Shown: in pieces, positions 55,688-63,495 of the stretch
Position numbering within the stretch: position 1 is the stretch's first letter
How the letters are laid out: every line of letters begins with the position of its first letter
Source of the DNA: a virus
Lineage: Duplodnaviria > Caudoviricetes
Length of the DNA: 63,495 nucleotides
Reading direction: 5' to 3' (one strand)
IMG/VR virus record: IMGVR_UViG_3300049203_000046
Coordinates: 1 to 63,495 of that record
Made by a program: the position numbers and the translations under genes
Notes under the pieces: generated by a model
Told to the model about the DNA's origin: nothing
Databases searched by the model: none
Seen by the model: only the letters and a program-made list of their open reading frames with translations

Positions 55688-56831
55688 CTTGCACCTCTTT
55701 GTGCTTGCCGTGATCCCTCGTGGTCGATGGGCCGATGAGACGAGCCCGTTGGGCTGCGGCCTCCAGCTCTTCCCGCGACATGTCCGAGGGGTCTTTCGGC
55801 TCGGGGGTTGCTGAGAGATTGATAGAGGCTGAGACGGAAGGGATCGTCCGGTTGAGAAGGCCAAGGAAGAGGGTCACTTGATCCTTCGACCAATGGGTCG
55901 CGCGGCGCGGCGTCTTGCGGCCCGGCGTGGGCACGGGCGTGGCGGACAGGAAGTCGTTGGCCGTTTCGAGATGAGAGAGCACGATCTCGGCCATCCTGCG
56001 GGTGACAGGGTTCTGGAGCGAGGCGATCTCGATGGGGCCGGGAGATGCTGGCACGGCTGGCACTGCGCTGGCTGGGGCGGCCGGGGCGGAGGTGGGTTCT
56101 GGGATGTGGGTGCTTTCTGTGGAAGCCGGCGGAGCCGAAGACGGCGTAGCCGGCGGCAGGAGGATATCGTCGTCGTCCGAGGGCATGGAGGTCTCCTTCA
56201 AATGGCGGCGTAGCGTGCGCCTGATGGCCAGGGGGTGGATGAGGAGTGATGAACCGAAGTTGAGCCCGTAGTCGTCCGCGAAATTGCCGGTCAGATACCA
56301 GGGCATGACGTCGTGGTAGTGGAGGTCGCGGGCACGCAGGAGGTCGGGCGGCAGGGCGTTGGGCGGGACCAGGCGCAGCATGGCGTAGAGGCGGAACGCG
56401 AAAGGGTTTCCGGGCTCGTAGGTTTTGCTGAAGGTTCGTTGGCGGGTGACGGCCAGGAGATCGTTCAGGAAGAGATGGATGGCCAGCTGGCAGATTGTTG
56501 AGCAGGGCGGCGGGGTCTCGGGGACGGACGAGATCGCGGGGCGGCCGCACACCGGGCAGGAGGTGGAGGCGTAGCCAACGCGGCGGCGGTAGGACGATGG
56601 CGATGGGTCGTAGATGGTTCGGCGGTTGGCCACGATGGCCACGTAGGGCGAGCGGGCGGGGAGGTGCCGGATGTCGCGGAGGATGTGGAGGGACTGGTTC
56701 GTTGAGGCGAGCTGGGACGAAAGGAGGAAGTAGAGGGAGGGCACGCGCTTGCCGGCAGGGATGACCTGCCACAGGCGTGAGGTGTGGTTGAGCAGGGGGG
56801 AGAGGGTGAGGCGGGGGTAGTTGTCGCGCAT
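55650..56831 (-). CDS. ORF whose C-terminal half (start 56186) is a possible terminase small subunit
   Basis: AAGGAG SD before in-frame ATG 56186. DPSDMSREELEA tail. N-terminal half has CPVC..C..C. Confidence 0.5.
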   Translation of the reverse strand: MRDNYPRLTLSPLLNHTSRLWQVIPAGKRVPSLYFLLSSQLASTNQSLHILRDIRHLPARSPYVAIVANRRTIYDPSPSSYRRRVGYASTSCPVCGRPAISSVPETPPPCSTICQLAIHLFLNDLLAVTRQRTFSKTYEPGNPFAFRLYAMLRLVPPNALPPDLLRARDLHYHDVMPWYLTGNFADDYGLNFGSSLLIHPLAIRRTLRRHLKETSMPSDDDDILLPPATPSSAPPASTESTHIPEPTSAPAAPASAVPAVPASPGPIEIASLQNPVTRRMAEIVLSHLETANDFLSATPVPTPGRKTPRRATHWSKDQVTLFLGLLNRTIPSVSASINLSATPEPKDPSDMSREELEAAAQRARLIGPSTTRDHGKHKEVQDVGPEQTEQEDD

Positions 56832-57181
56832 GTACGCATGAAGACAAAAGGGTGGGGGTGGGTCGTCCGCGAAAGGGCGCGCTGGGCGAGTTGTGGCGGC
56901 GAGCGGATTGTGCGGCTGCTCCTAGAGAGTCCCGGCTTCGCGCGATGGGAACCCAACGGCGAAGGTGCACCCCGCCCCCTCCCCTTACGCATGTGGGGCC
57001 TTTTTCGGAGAAAAAGGGGGTGGGGGTGGCACGAGATCCTGCACGAAGGTGGCTAAGTCCCTGATAAATCAGGGCTTAGGACTCCCTTGCTAGGGGAGTT
57101 CGGCCTAATGTCCACCAAACCCATAGGGTTTGTTCCCGCTATCGGGACGACCGTAATATCCAATCGGATATACCGCCTTGG

Positions 57182-57216
57182 CCACTCACCCCACGCTACG
57201 TGCGAAGTAGTATTTG
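57182..57216 (+). promoter_or_regulatory. Third copy of the GCGAAGTAGTATTTG promoter-like motif
   Basis: Shares GCGAAGTAGTATTTG with the element at 725 onward. Upstream of the first early gene. Confidence 0.55.
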
Positions 57217-57275
57217 ATGGCAGATCGTCGAACGGTTCGACGGTCGAGCAACCGCCAACACGAAAGGCGCACACC

Positions 57276-57869
57276 ATGCACGCACATTACGCCAACATCC
57301 GCTACCTCGGCCTCAACGGGCGCGTCAAGGGCACGAACCAAGCGCCCCTGCGCATCCTGGGCGACAGCCTCGCCGTCAAGGTCAAGGGCTTCATCATGCC
57401 CGTCATCGCCATCGAAGATGGCCACGCAATCGTGGACGCATCGGCCAAGGCCGAGACCGCCATCGCACAGACGCCGAAGACCCCAACGGGGTCTTGGGAC
57501 TATGCAGCGCTCGACGAGCTTGCGCCTGTGATCGCCGAGCCGTGGGACTTGCCCGAACTCAAGGGCCTGACCTTCGTGGGTACTCGCGCCGATGCCACCC
57601 GCTCACGTTCTGGCGAGCGTCACCCGAAGGCAAAGCCCGAAGGGCTTCGGCTCTCGGCCAAGCCGGCCGTGACCAAGACCGCCACGCCGAAGGCGCGCAC
57701 TGCTGCACCGGCTGAGCCGAAGGCTCACGTCGACGCCGACATGGCAATCGCCTACCTCGCCTCGCTCTCGGGCGAAGGCATGGCCGCGCTGATCGCCAAG
57801 CTCAACGCCGCCAAAGCCGAAGGCTCCAAGCGCACCAAGCGCACAAGCGTGAAGGTCGCCAAGCGGTAA
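57276..57869 (+). CDS. First early hypothetical protein (basic C-terminus)
   Basis: AAAGG SD. Followed by a terminator. Confidence 0.75.
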   Translation: MHAHYANIRYLGLNGRVKGTNQAPLRILGDSLAVKVKGFIMPVIAIEDGHAIVDASAKAETAIAQTPKTPTGSWDYAALDELAPVIAEPWDLPELKGLTFVGTRADATRSRSGERHPKAKPEGLRLSAKPAVTKTATPKARTAAPAEPKAHVDADMAIAYLASLSGEGMAALIAKLNAAKAEGSKRTKRTSVKVAKR

Positions 57870-57895
57870 CACCCGCGACCAACCGAACGACCAAT

Positions 57896-57926
57896 GGCCT
57901 GCGCCCTCAGGGGCGTGGGCCTTTTT
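57896..57926 (+). terminator. Rho-independent terminator
   Basis: GC-rich hairpin plus TTTTT. Confidence 0.75.
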
Positions 57927-57979
57927 GCGTTTGCAGCGCCTGCACCACGGCGCGCACACCACGAACGAAAGGCACGACA

Positions 57980-58186
57980 ATGCACAACACACACGACGAG
58001 CGTGATATCCAGCGCGATATCGCGGAGGCCAACGAGCGCCTGCGTCAACGACGCATCCGCATCGAGACGATGACCAAATCCATGCCGGCCAACAGGCCCA
58101 TGAGCACGCTGGATGCAGCGATTGCGAGCGTCATCTTCGTGACCATCATCCTCGGCATCGCCGCCATGATCGGAGGCAAGCTGTGA
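57980..58186 (+). CDS. Small membrane protein
   Basis: CACCAC leader and C-terminal TM segment. Confidence 0.7.
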   Translation: MHNTHDERDIQRDIAEANERLRQRRIRIETMTKSMPANRPMSTLDAAIASVIFVTIILGIAAMIGGKL

Positions 58187-58383
58187 TGGTCGCACACAAC
58201 GACAACTACGCCCGCGTGAGCCACGAGCTTGTGATCCGCGACCGCCACAACAGGATGCTCGGCTACACGACGCGGGTCATCGACAAAGACGACGCGGGAC
58301 GCCTGAGCGTGGTCGTTGCCGGCCGACGGCTCGACGTCAAGCGCGACGAGCAAGGCGAGCACAGCATCACGCTGGTGCTCTGA
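58186..58383 (+). CDS. Hypothetical protein
   Basis: TGATG coupling and GGAGG SD. Confidence 0.65.
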   Translation: MVAHNDNYARVSHELVIRDRHNRMLGYTTRVIDKDDAGRLSVVVAGRRLDVKRDEQGEHSITLVL

Positions 58384-58409
58384 GCCCACGACACGAACGA
58401 CGACCAACT

Positions 58410-58438
58410 GGCTCGGCCCTCACGGGGCTGGGCCTTTT
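58410..58438 (+). terminator. Rho-independent terminator
   Basis: GGCTCGGCCC/GGGCTGGGCC plus TTTT. Confidence 0.7.
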
Positions 58439-58472
58439 GCCGTTTGTCACAACACCACACGGAGCACGACAC

Positions 58473-58790
58473 ATGAGACAGTACACCAAGCGGAAGAAGA
58501 TCACAGTTCGTGACGTTGGCCACACGGCTACGCTGCACATCAAGCGCGTTGCCAGGCCCGCCGATGAGATCGACGAGCAGGCACGCAAGCTGATTGCGAG
58601 TGGCTGGACCAAGCCCACGAAGCGCGAGCCGGTCGACGAGCTGGAAGGCGCGATGACATACACGGTCTATCGGGGCGAGAAGCCGAAGAAGGCGAAGCCC
58701 GTTGATCGGGACATCGTCGTGGTCAAGCGCAAGAGGGGCGAGCGCGAGAGGCACGGCAAGATGTTCACCCATGGGAAATGGGTGGACTAA
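58473..58790 (+). CDS. Basic hypothetical protein
   Basis: CACCAC leader plus GGAG SD. Confidence 0.7.
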   Translation: MRQYTKRKKITVRDVGHTATLHIKRVARPADEIDEQARKLIASGWTKPTKREPVDELEGAMTYTVYRGEKPKKAKPVDRDIVVVKRKRGERERHGKMFTHGKWVD

Positions 58791-58843
58791 CGCGACAACG
58801 GGCACGACGTGCACTTTGTGCACTTTGTGACATGGGATTTTGT

Positions 58844-58874
58844 GGGTCGGCACCTTCGGGTGTCGGCCCTTTTT
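58844..58874 (+). terminator. Rho-independent terminator (UUCG loop)
   Basis: GGGTCGGCACC-ttcg-GGTGTCGGCCC-TTTTT. Confidence 0.85.
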
Positions 58875-58886
58875 GCATTTGTGGGT

Positions 58887-58932
58887 TTGGCACTATGGAC
58901 AACAGGTGCATATTGTGTCACCCATAGGAACA
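58887..58932 (+). promoter_or_regulatory. Promoter (TTGGCA-18-TATTGT) with operator TGTCACCCATAGGAACA (58916..58932)
   Basis: Operator differs by 1 nt from 1897..1913. Confidence 0.65.
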
Positions 58933-58958
58933 GCACGACACACCACAGGAGCATAACG

Positions 58959-59366
58959 ATGTCGACCTACAACATGGTCAATGGCACGCATCCCTTTGCG
59001 GGAGCGGTGCTTACGATGCTGGACAAGGAAGCCGATTGGTTCCCTCGCTTCCGTGACGCCTACATTCTCAGGGATCCAGCGCGTCTCGTCGTGATGACGC
59101 GGACTGGCGAAGGCAGCTGGGCCGACGAGGACACGGTCGCCAAGAACAAGGACATCGAGGCGTTGCCCGGCTTCATCGAGGCCAAGAACGACAGCTTCGA
59201 CAAGACCTTCCGGCACTTCTACTTCGAGGTGCCGGAGGAATATCGCGAGCGCACGGCAAACGTCATCAAGATGGTCGTGGACGAGGAAGGCATCGACCAC
59301 GACAAGCTCTTCCGCAACCCCATGAACACGTTCGTCGAGCGTGTCGAAGCAATGGGGAGGAAGTGA
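58959..59366 (+). CDS. Phage hypothetical protein
   Basis: AGGAG SD. RFRDAY..TRTG..D.FD.T pattern. Confidence 0.8.
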   Translation: MSTYNMVNGTHPFAGAVLTMLDKEADWFPRFRDAYILRDPARLVVMTRTGEGSWADEDTVAKNKDIEALPGFIEAKNDSFDKTFRHFYFEVPEEYRERTANVIKMVVDEEGIDHDKLFRNPMNTFVERVEAMGRK

Positions 59367-60466
59367 TGGCGACCGTCCCGAACAATTCAATCCACCCGAA
59401 CCGCTTCAGGGCGGCCAAAATTGGGGCCGAGTGGTTCGCCAACTTCTACTATGCCGAAGGCGATAGCTATTACGGCATGGCCCACGACAATCGCGCGATG
59501 GCTCAGCGCATGGCGCGCTCGAATGTCGATCCGCACGTCGTCGCCTACCGCATTCGCATCATCAAGCGCGATCCGGCCACGTACCTGGATCGGCTGATTG
59601 CTGCGGCCGAATGGACGCTGAGGCAAGCGTATGAGAAGTGGCAGGACGGTGGCGGCGCACGAAGTGGCACGAACTTCGAGGCGTGGAGCGCCGCTCATGG
59701 TCGGCTCTTCGCGCTGCAACACCGCAGACGCTGCAAGAGCCTGCCGCCTCAGACCCCTGTTCTCAGTTACGACCTACCGGCCGACGTCGCCGAGCAGATC
59801 AAGCGCAAGCGAGCGGCCAAGTCTGAGCGCGATCCCAATTGGGTCGACAGAACCGAGGGCTTCACCGAGACGGCCAAGCCTTTTCGTTTGGCCGTCCCGC
59901 ATCGTGGCGACATGAGCTTCCTCATTGGCTCGGCGCACCTGGAAGGGTTGAGGTTGCCGCACACGACCGGGATCAAGGACGATCCCGACGTCATGCGCTT
60001 CGGCAGCTACGCAGAGGCGGTCAGGTGGGCTCGCGGCAACCTCGATAAGAGTGCCCTGCCAAGGCTTCTCGTTGTCTACGACAATGGCACATACGCGCCA
60101 GTCGACCTGAACAGCGAGGACTATCACGTTCGTGAAGCCATGAAGGCGCAGCACCCTGCCACGAGCGAGCGTGATTGGGATAACGAGATCACGCCAGAGA
60201 ATGGCTGGAAGTTCTCGCAGGGCTCGCGTCCTCGCGGGCTCAACGACAACGACGCGTTCGAGTTCGTCCGCATCTATAAGGGCAAGTGGGAAACCATCGG
60301 CACCTTGACCGCACGAGAGTTCAATTGGGAGCTTTGGTGCCACTACAGGCCGGTCGACAAACCTCTGCTCGCCTCCGCAGCTGACGTCGGCACGGCCAAG
60401 CCAGCTACACCCGCCGATTATGTCGGCAGCATCGCTGACGCCATGCTGAAGGGGGTGCTGCCATGA
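59366..60466 (+). CDS. Hypothetical protein (about 366 aa)
   Basis: Coupled ORF ending IADAMLKGVLP. Confidence 0.75.
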   Translation: MATVPNNSIHPNRFRAAKIGAEWFANFYYAEGDSYYGMAHDNRAMAQRMARSNVDPHVVAYRIRIIKRDPATYLDRLIAAAEWTLRQAYEKWQDGGGARSGTNFEAWSAAHGRLFALQHRRRCKSLPPQTPVLSYDLPADVAEQIKRKRAAKSERDPNWVDRTEGFTETAKPFRLAVPHRGDMSFLIGSAHLEGLRLPHTTGIKDDPDVMRFGSYAEAVRWARGNLDKSALPRLLVVYDNGTYAPVDLNSEDYHVREAMKAQHPATSERDWDNEITPENGWKFSQGSRPRGLNDNDAFEFVRIYKGKWETIGTLTAREFNWELWCHYRPVDKPLLASAADVGTAKPATPADYVGSIADAMLKGVLP

Positions 60467-60654
60467 GGCAGGCTCTCGCGAGCATGGCCATGGGTTGGTT
60501 TCTGATCCTCTCTGGCTGGGAGAACTCGACGCCCATCATCGTCGACGAATACGCCAGCCAGGAAGATTGCCAGCAGGCGCGATACAGCGCCGGCATCAGC
60601 CACTTCAAGATGGCCTGCATCCCCTCGGCCGAAGCGGTCGAGGCTCAGAAGTAA
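60463..60654 (+). CDS. Small hypothetical protein
   Basis: ATGA coupling. Y.SQEDC..A..C.P pattern. Confidence 0.6.
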   Translation: MRQALASMAMGWFLILSGWENSTPIIVDEYASQEDCQQARYSAGISHFKMACIPSAEAVEAQK

Positions 60655-60675
60655 TCACCACCACGGAGCACGACA

Positions 60676-60924
60676 ATGCAGAACATCATACTCGGAGCAG
60701 CGTGCGCGCTGTTCGTCGCCTCGTTCGTCAACATGGTCATGGCCGGCAAGGGCTGGAGGAGCGACGCCACCGACCGGCTCAACGACAAGGGCAAGGTTGT
60801 TGAGCGCAGCGGGCTCATGGTCGTCACCGACCACGGGACCGGCGTCCAGTACGTCGTCCTGCCCATGGCCGGCATGACCGTGCGCGTCGACAAAGACGGC
60901 AAGCCAATGGTCGCCGGCAAGTAA
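60676..60924 (+). CDS. DUF6440-like protein
   Basis: VVTDHGTGVQYVV..GMTVRVDKDGKP. Confidence 0.65.
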   Translation: MQNIILGAACALFVASFVNMVMAGKGWRSDATDRLNDKGKVVERSGLMVVTDHGTGVQYVVLPMAGMTVRVDKDGKPMVAGK

Positions 60925-60951
60925 TCACCACACCACAACAGGAGCACGACA

Positions 60952-61383
60952 ATGGGATTTGTCATCGGAGTTATTTTGGGCGCTGCCCTCTGGCACTTTG
61001 GGAGGGACATCGCCATCGCAATGTGGAACGGCGCGCCACCACGGACGCCGCAGCCACCGAAAGAACCGGCCAAGCCAGAGGACAAGGCGCAGGAGCCCGT
61101 TGCCGGCGGCGTCTATGTGCGGTTCGTCGATGCGAAGAGCGGGCTGGTCTATCTGAGGGATCATCCGACGATCCCGTTCTCGGCGGGCATCGGCCACGCT
61201 TCACGCTTCAACACAATCGAGCGGGCGACCAAGGCGATGGCCCGTCAGTTCCCTAGCTACACTGGCTACTACGACGTGATCGACCAGCATGGGAACATCT
61301 GGTTCCAGCAGGGCGCAACGACGGCGGATGACAGCTTCTCCGCCAAGATCGGCGACGCCATGCTCAAGGACTACCTGCCATGA
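60952..61383 (+). CDS. Membrane-anchored hypothetical protein
   Basis: N-terminal hydrophobic segment. Ends IGDAMLKDYLP. Confidence 0.75.
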   Translation: MGFVIGVILGAALWHFGRDIAIAMWNGAPPRTPQPPKEPAKPEDKAQEPVAGGVYVRFVDAKSGLVYLRDHPTIPFSAGIGHASRFNTIERATKAMARQFPSYTGYYDVIDQHGNIWFQQGATTADDSFSAKIGDAMLKDYLP

Positions 61384-61685
61384 GCGGGACGATGGAGCAG
61401 CATCTGGAGAAGATGCGCCTGGAGAACGAGAAGCAGCGCCTCGGCATCATCGAAGGCACGCTCATGGGCCTGCTGATTATCGCCGGCATGGGCGTGGCCG
61501 CCACTCTCATTGGCTACCTGATCGTCAGTGGAATGGACACGGAACTGGTCGACGCTCTGGAAGAGTGCGGCCAGATCACGGTCAAGTGGGATCAGCGTGG
61601 CGAGTTCGACAAGAGCGTCGAGAACAAGTCGGTCGACGAGTGCCGGGCCAAGGTGTTCGAGCACTTCAAGGAGGCGACGCCATGA
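61380..61685 (+). CDS. Single-TM hypothetical protein
   Basis: ATGA coupling. Confidence 0.7.
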   Translation: MSGTMEQHLEKMRLENEKQRLGIIEGTLMGLLIIAGMGVAATLIGYLIVSGMDTELVDALEECGQITVKWDQRGEFDKSVENKSVDECRAKVFEHFKEATP

Positions 61686-61879
61686 AGCCTCCCTTCGACG
61701 AATGGTTCAAGGGCGAAGTCCGCACGATGGTCAATGATGCGAGCAGCAAGGGCTTGCTGCCAGCGTTCAAAGACGAGAACTCAATCGACGAGCTGGTCAC
61801 ACAGGAGATCAATCAGATGTCCAACGTGAGCATCATCGAAGCCCTCTCTGAATGGATGGCTCTGCCCGACGAAGCCTGA
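61682..61879 (+). CDS. Hypothetical protein
   Basis: AAGGAGG SD and ATGA coupling. Confidence 0.65.
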   Translation: MKPPFDEWFKGEVRTMVNDASSKGLLPAFKDENSIDELVTQEINQMSNVSIIEALSEWMALPDEA

Positions 61880-61954
61880 CAACACGCTCTGCGAGGGGCG
61901 TGAGAGCGCCCTTCATAGAGCCGGTTGGCTCACCACCACGAAAAGGAAAGCACG

Positions 61955-62305
61955 ATGTTTAAGGAAGTGGAGAAGGGTGTCTTCAGCCCAAACCTTGAGA
62001 TCAAGGGGGTGCGGGTCAGCCGCGTCAACGGGTCGATCAGGATCGTCATCGATCGCGGCCTGTTCAAGCAACTCGGCGAACCGAAGTTCGTCAAGATGCT
62101 GAGGGGCGACGGCGAACACGAGGGGATGGTGGCCATGATGCCGATCAGGGCGAAGGTGGCCAACGCCTACACCATGAACAAAGCCAATCGCTCGATCAGC
62201 ATTAGCCCGAAGCGGTTCGGCGTCGAGTACCGTGGCAAGGCCAAGGTCGTGCCCCACGAAGTGACCGAGGACGGATTGGTTATTGATCTGAGGGGGCTGG
62301 TCTGA
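61955..62305 (+). CDS. AbrB-like (swapped-hairpin) hypothetical protein
   Basis: VSRVNGSIRIVIDRGLFKQLG resembles an AbrB/SpoVT hairpin. Confidence 0.5.
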   Translation: MFKEVEKGVFSPNLEIKGVRVSRVNGSIRIVIDRGLFKQLGEPKFVKMLRGDGEHEGMVAMMPIRAKVANAYTMNKANRSISISPKRFGVEYRGKAKVVPHEVTEDGLVIDLRGLV

Positions 62306-62640
62306 TGCGGGACAAGATGACGGCGGAGCAGATCGCCGAACACACGGCCAAACGCAAGATCCTGCACGACCACGCCAGGAACGGCACGATCATCGAGAGC
62401 GGGTGGCAATCGCTGGTCGATCAGACGCTCAAGGGTGCCGGCGAGCGCCAGTTGCAGCTGATGCGGATGGCCTTCTTCTGCGGGGCCAAGCACTTGCAAG
62501 CGGTCTTGTTGGGCGGCGTCGCCCTCGACATGGAAGAAGATCAAGCCGACCTCGACATGATGGACAGCATCGACGGGGAACTGGACCGCTTCATCACCGA
62601 GTACATCGCAAGCATCACGCCCGGCGCTGGCCGGGCATGA
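62305..62640 (+). CDS. Hypothetical protein
   Basis: TGATG coupling. MRMAFFCGA motif. Confidence 0.75.
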   Translation: MRDKMTAEQIAEHTAKRKILHDHARNGTIIESGWQSLVDQTLKGAGERQLQLMRMAFFCGAKHLQAVLLGGVALDMEEDQADLDMMDSIDGELDRFITEYIASITPGAGRA

Positions 62641-62669
62641 GCAACACCACGACACGAAAGGATACGACG

Positions 62670-63266
62670 ATGACGATCAGTGCTGAGCACGAAGGCATGA
62701 AGAATATGGTGGCCGACGTCACGAAGAGGTTGCTCGGGGAGTTCGACGACCTGGGCAAGGCTGACCCGATGCGGGCTACAGCCATGGCCATGACGGGGTT
62801 GGGCGCAGTGAATGCTGCGATCATCGCATCGCTGTTTAAGAGCACGGGCGACGACCTGATGGACGACGTGATCGTGAAGCTGGCCGAGCAGACGAGGCGC
62901 ATCATCAAGTCGTATGAGACGGGGATGCTTGAGCCGTCCAGCGAGAAGATCGGGGACATACCGAAGAGCATGGCCGCAGCCATGCTGCTGAAGGAGGCCG
63001 GCGGCGTCCCGTCTGCCGAGCCCGGCGTCGTTCAGTCAGCCATGAAAGTGCTGATGGAGGATGCTCAGGACGAGGACAACGTGAAGGTCACGGCCAAGAT
63101 GATCAAGAACTTCATCGCCCTGATCACCAGCTGGGTCATCCTCCAGACCAAGGACGAGGGGCGGCAGGTGATTTGGGAGGCCATCAAGATGGGTGCCGAT
63201 CTGATGTTGAAGGAAGCCCCGCCTCGGGAAGAGATCCTGAAGCAGGCGGAAGCGCTGAAGCACTGA
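62670..63266 (+). CDS. Hypothetical protein
   Basis: CACCAC leader plus AAAGGA SD. Confidence 0.75.
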   Translation: MTISAEHEGMKNMVADVTKRLLGEFDDLGKADPMRATAMAMTGLGAVNAAIIASLFKSTGDDLMDDVIVKLAEQTRRIIKSYETGMLEPSSEKIGDIPKSMAAAMLLKEAGGVPSAEPGVVQSAMKVLMEDAQDEDNVKVTAKMIKNFIALITSWVILQTKDEGRQVIWEAIKMGADLMLKEAPPREEILKQAEALKH

Positions 63267-63321
63267 CACCAACGAGGGCGGTTCGCCGCCCTCCCCTACA
63301 CCACATCACGAGGAAATCGAA

Positions 63322-63495
63322 ATGGATCCGAATGATATCGACGCCGAGGCAATCTTCGGCGCGCTCGAAGGGATCGTGCCGGCAGGAGAAGTGAGCACGG
63401 TCATGACCCTCACCGGGACAAAAGACGACGGGAGCGGCGCGCTCAGGATCGTGTCGACGGTGGATCAGGACGCCTCGATACTGGCGTTTAAGCTG
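63322..63495 (+). CDS. Hypothetical protein, 5' part (continues to 242)
   Basis: CACCAC leader, GAGGA SD, ATG at 63322. Confidence 0.75.
   Translation, partial: MDPNDIDAEAIFGALEGIVPAGEVSTVMTLTGTKDDGSGALRIVSTVDQDASILAFKL
63365..63495 (+). repeat. Terminal direct repeat, copy 2
   Basis: Matches 1..131 with one mismatch. Confidence 0.95.

Larger units (their letters stand above)
1..63495. mobile_element. Complete temperate podovirus-like bacteriophage genome (circularly permuted)
   Basis: Terminase, portal, capsid, tail and ejection-like genes, integrase plus attP, and end-to-start overlap. No host housekeeping genes. Confidence 0.93.

Noticed and set aside
58809-58832. Tandem GTGCACTTT repeat
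   Set aside because: Only two short copies with no second locus, so too weak to call.

Overview
The window looks like a complete, circularly permuted ~63.4 kb temperate podovirus-like phage genome. The first 131 bp are repeated at the end with 1 mismatch. The host is probably an alphaproteobacterium (cuckoo-type CCUCCUCCC hairpins, GcrA-like HTH, CtrA-like box; inference). Layout: (1) a rightward early region (57.3 kb, across the junction, to 9.9 kb) of mostly hypothetical genes plus a MoxR/CobS-like AAA+ ATPase and a CobT-like zincin-vWA partner; (2) a lysogeny module with a LuxR-type HTH, a tyrosine integrase and an attP equal to the 3' half of tRNA-Thr(GGT); (3) holin-like genes and a lysozyme+M15 peptidase gene; (4) replication/recombination genes (prim-pol/helicase, Sak4-like ATPase, SSB, Cas4-like nuclease, resolvase), with no DNA polymerase seen; (5) a leftward morphogenesis module (terminase, Ntn protease, portal, tail fibres, GH19 endolysin, scaffold, capsid, tail, four putative ejection proteins including a 3318-aa giant). 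The most interesting signals are a phage-borne anti-Shine-Dalgarno 'cuckoo' sRNA-like element, an E3-binding (PSBD)-like domain in the giant protein, a genome-wide 17-bp operator family without a classical CI, strong TGGCCA enrichment, a shared C-terminal peptide tag on unrelated early proteins, and in-frame dual-start genes. All family calls are from motif recognition by eye, with no database search.
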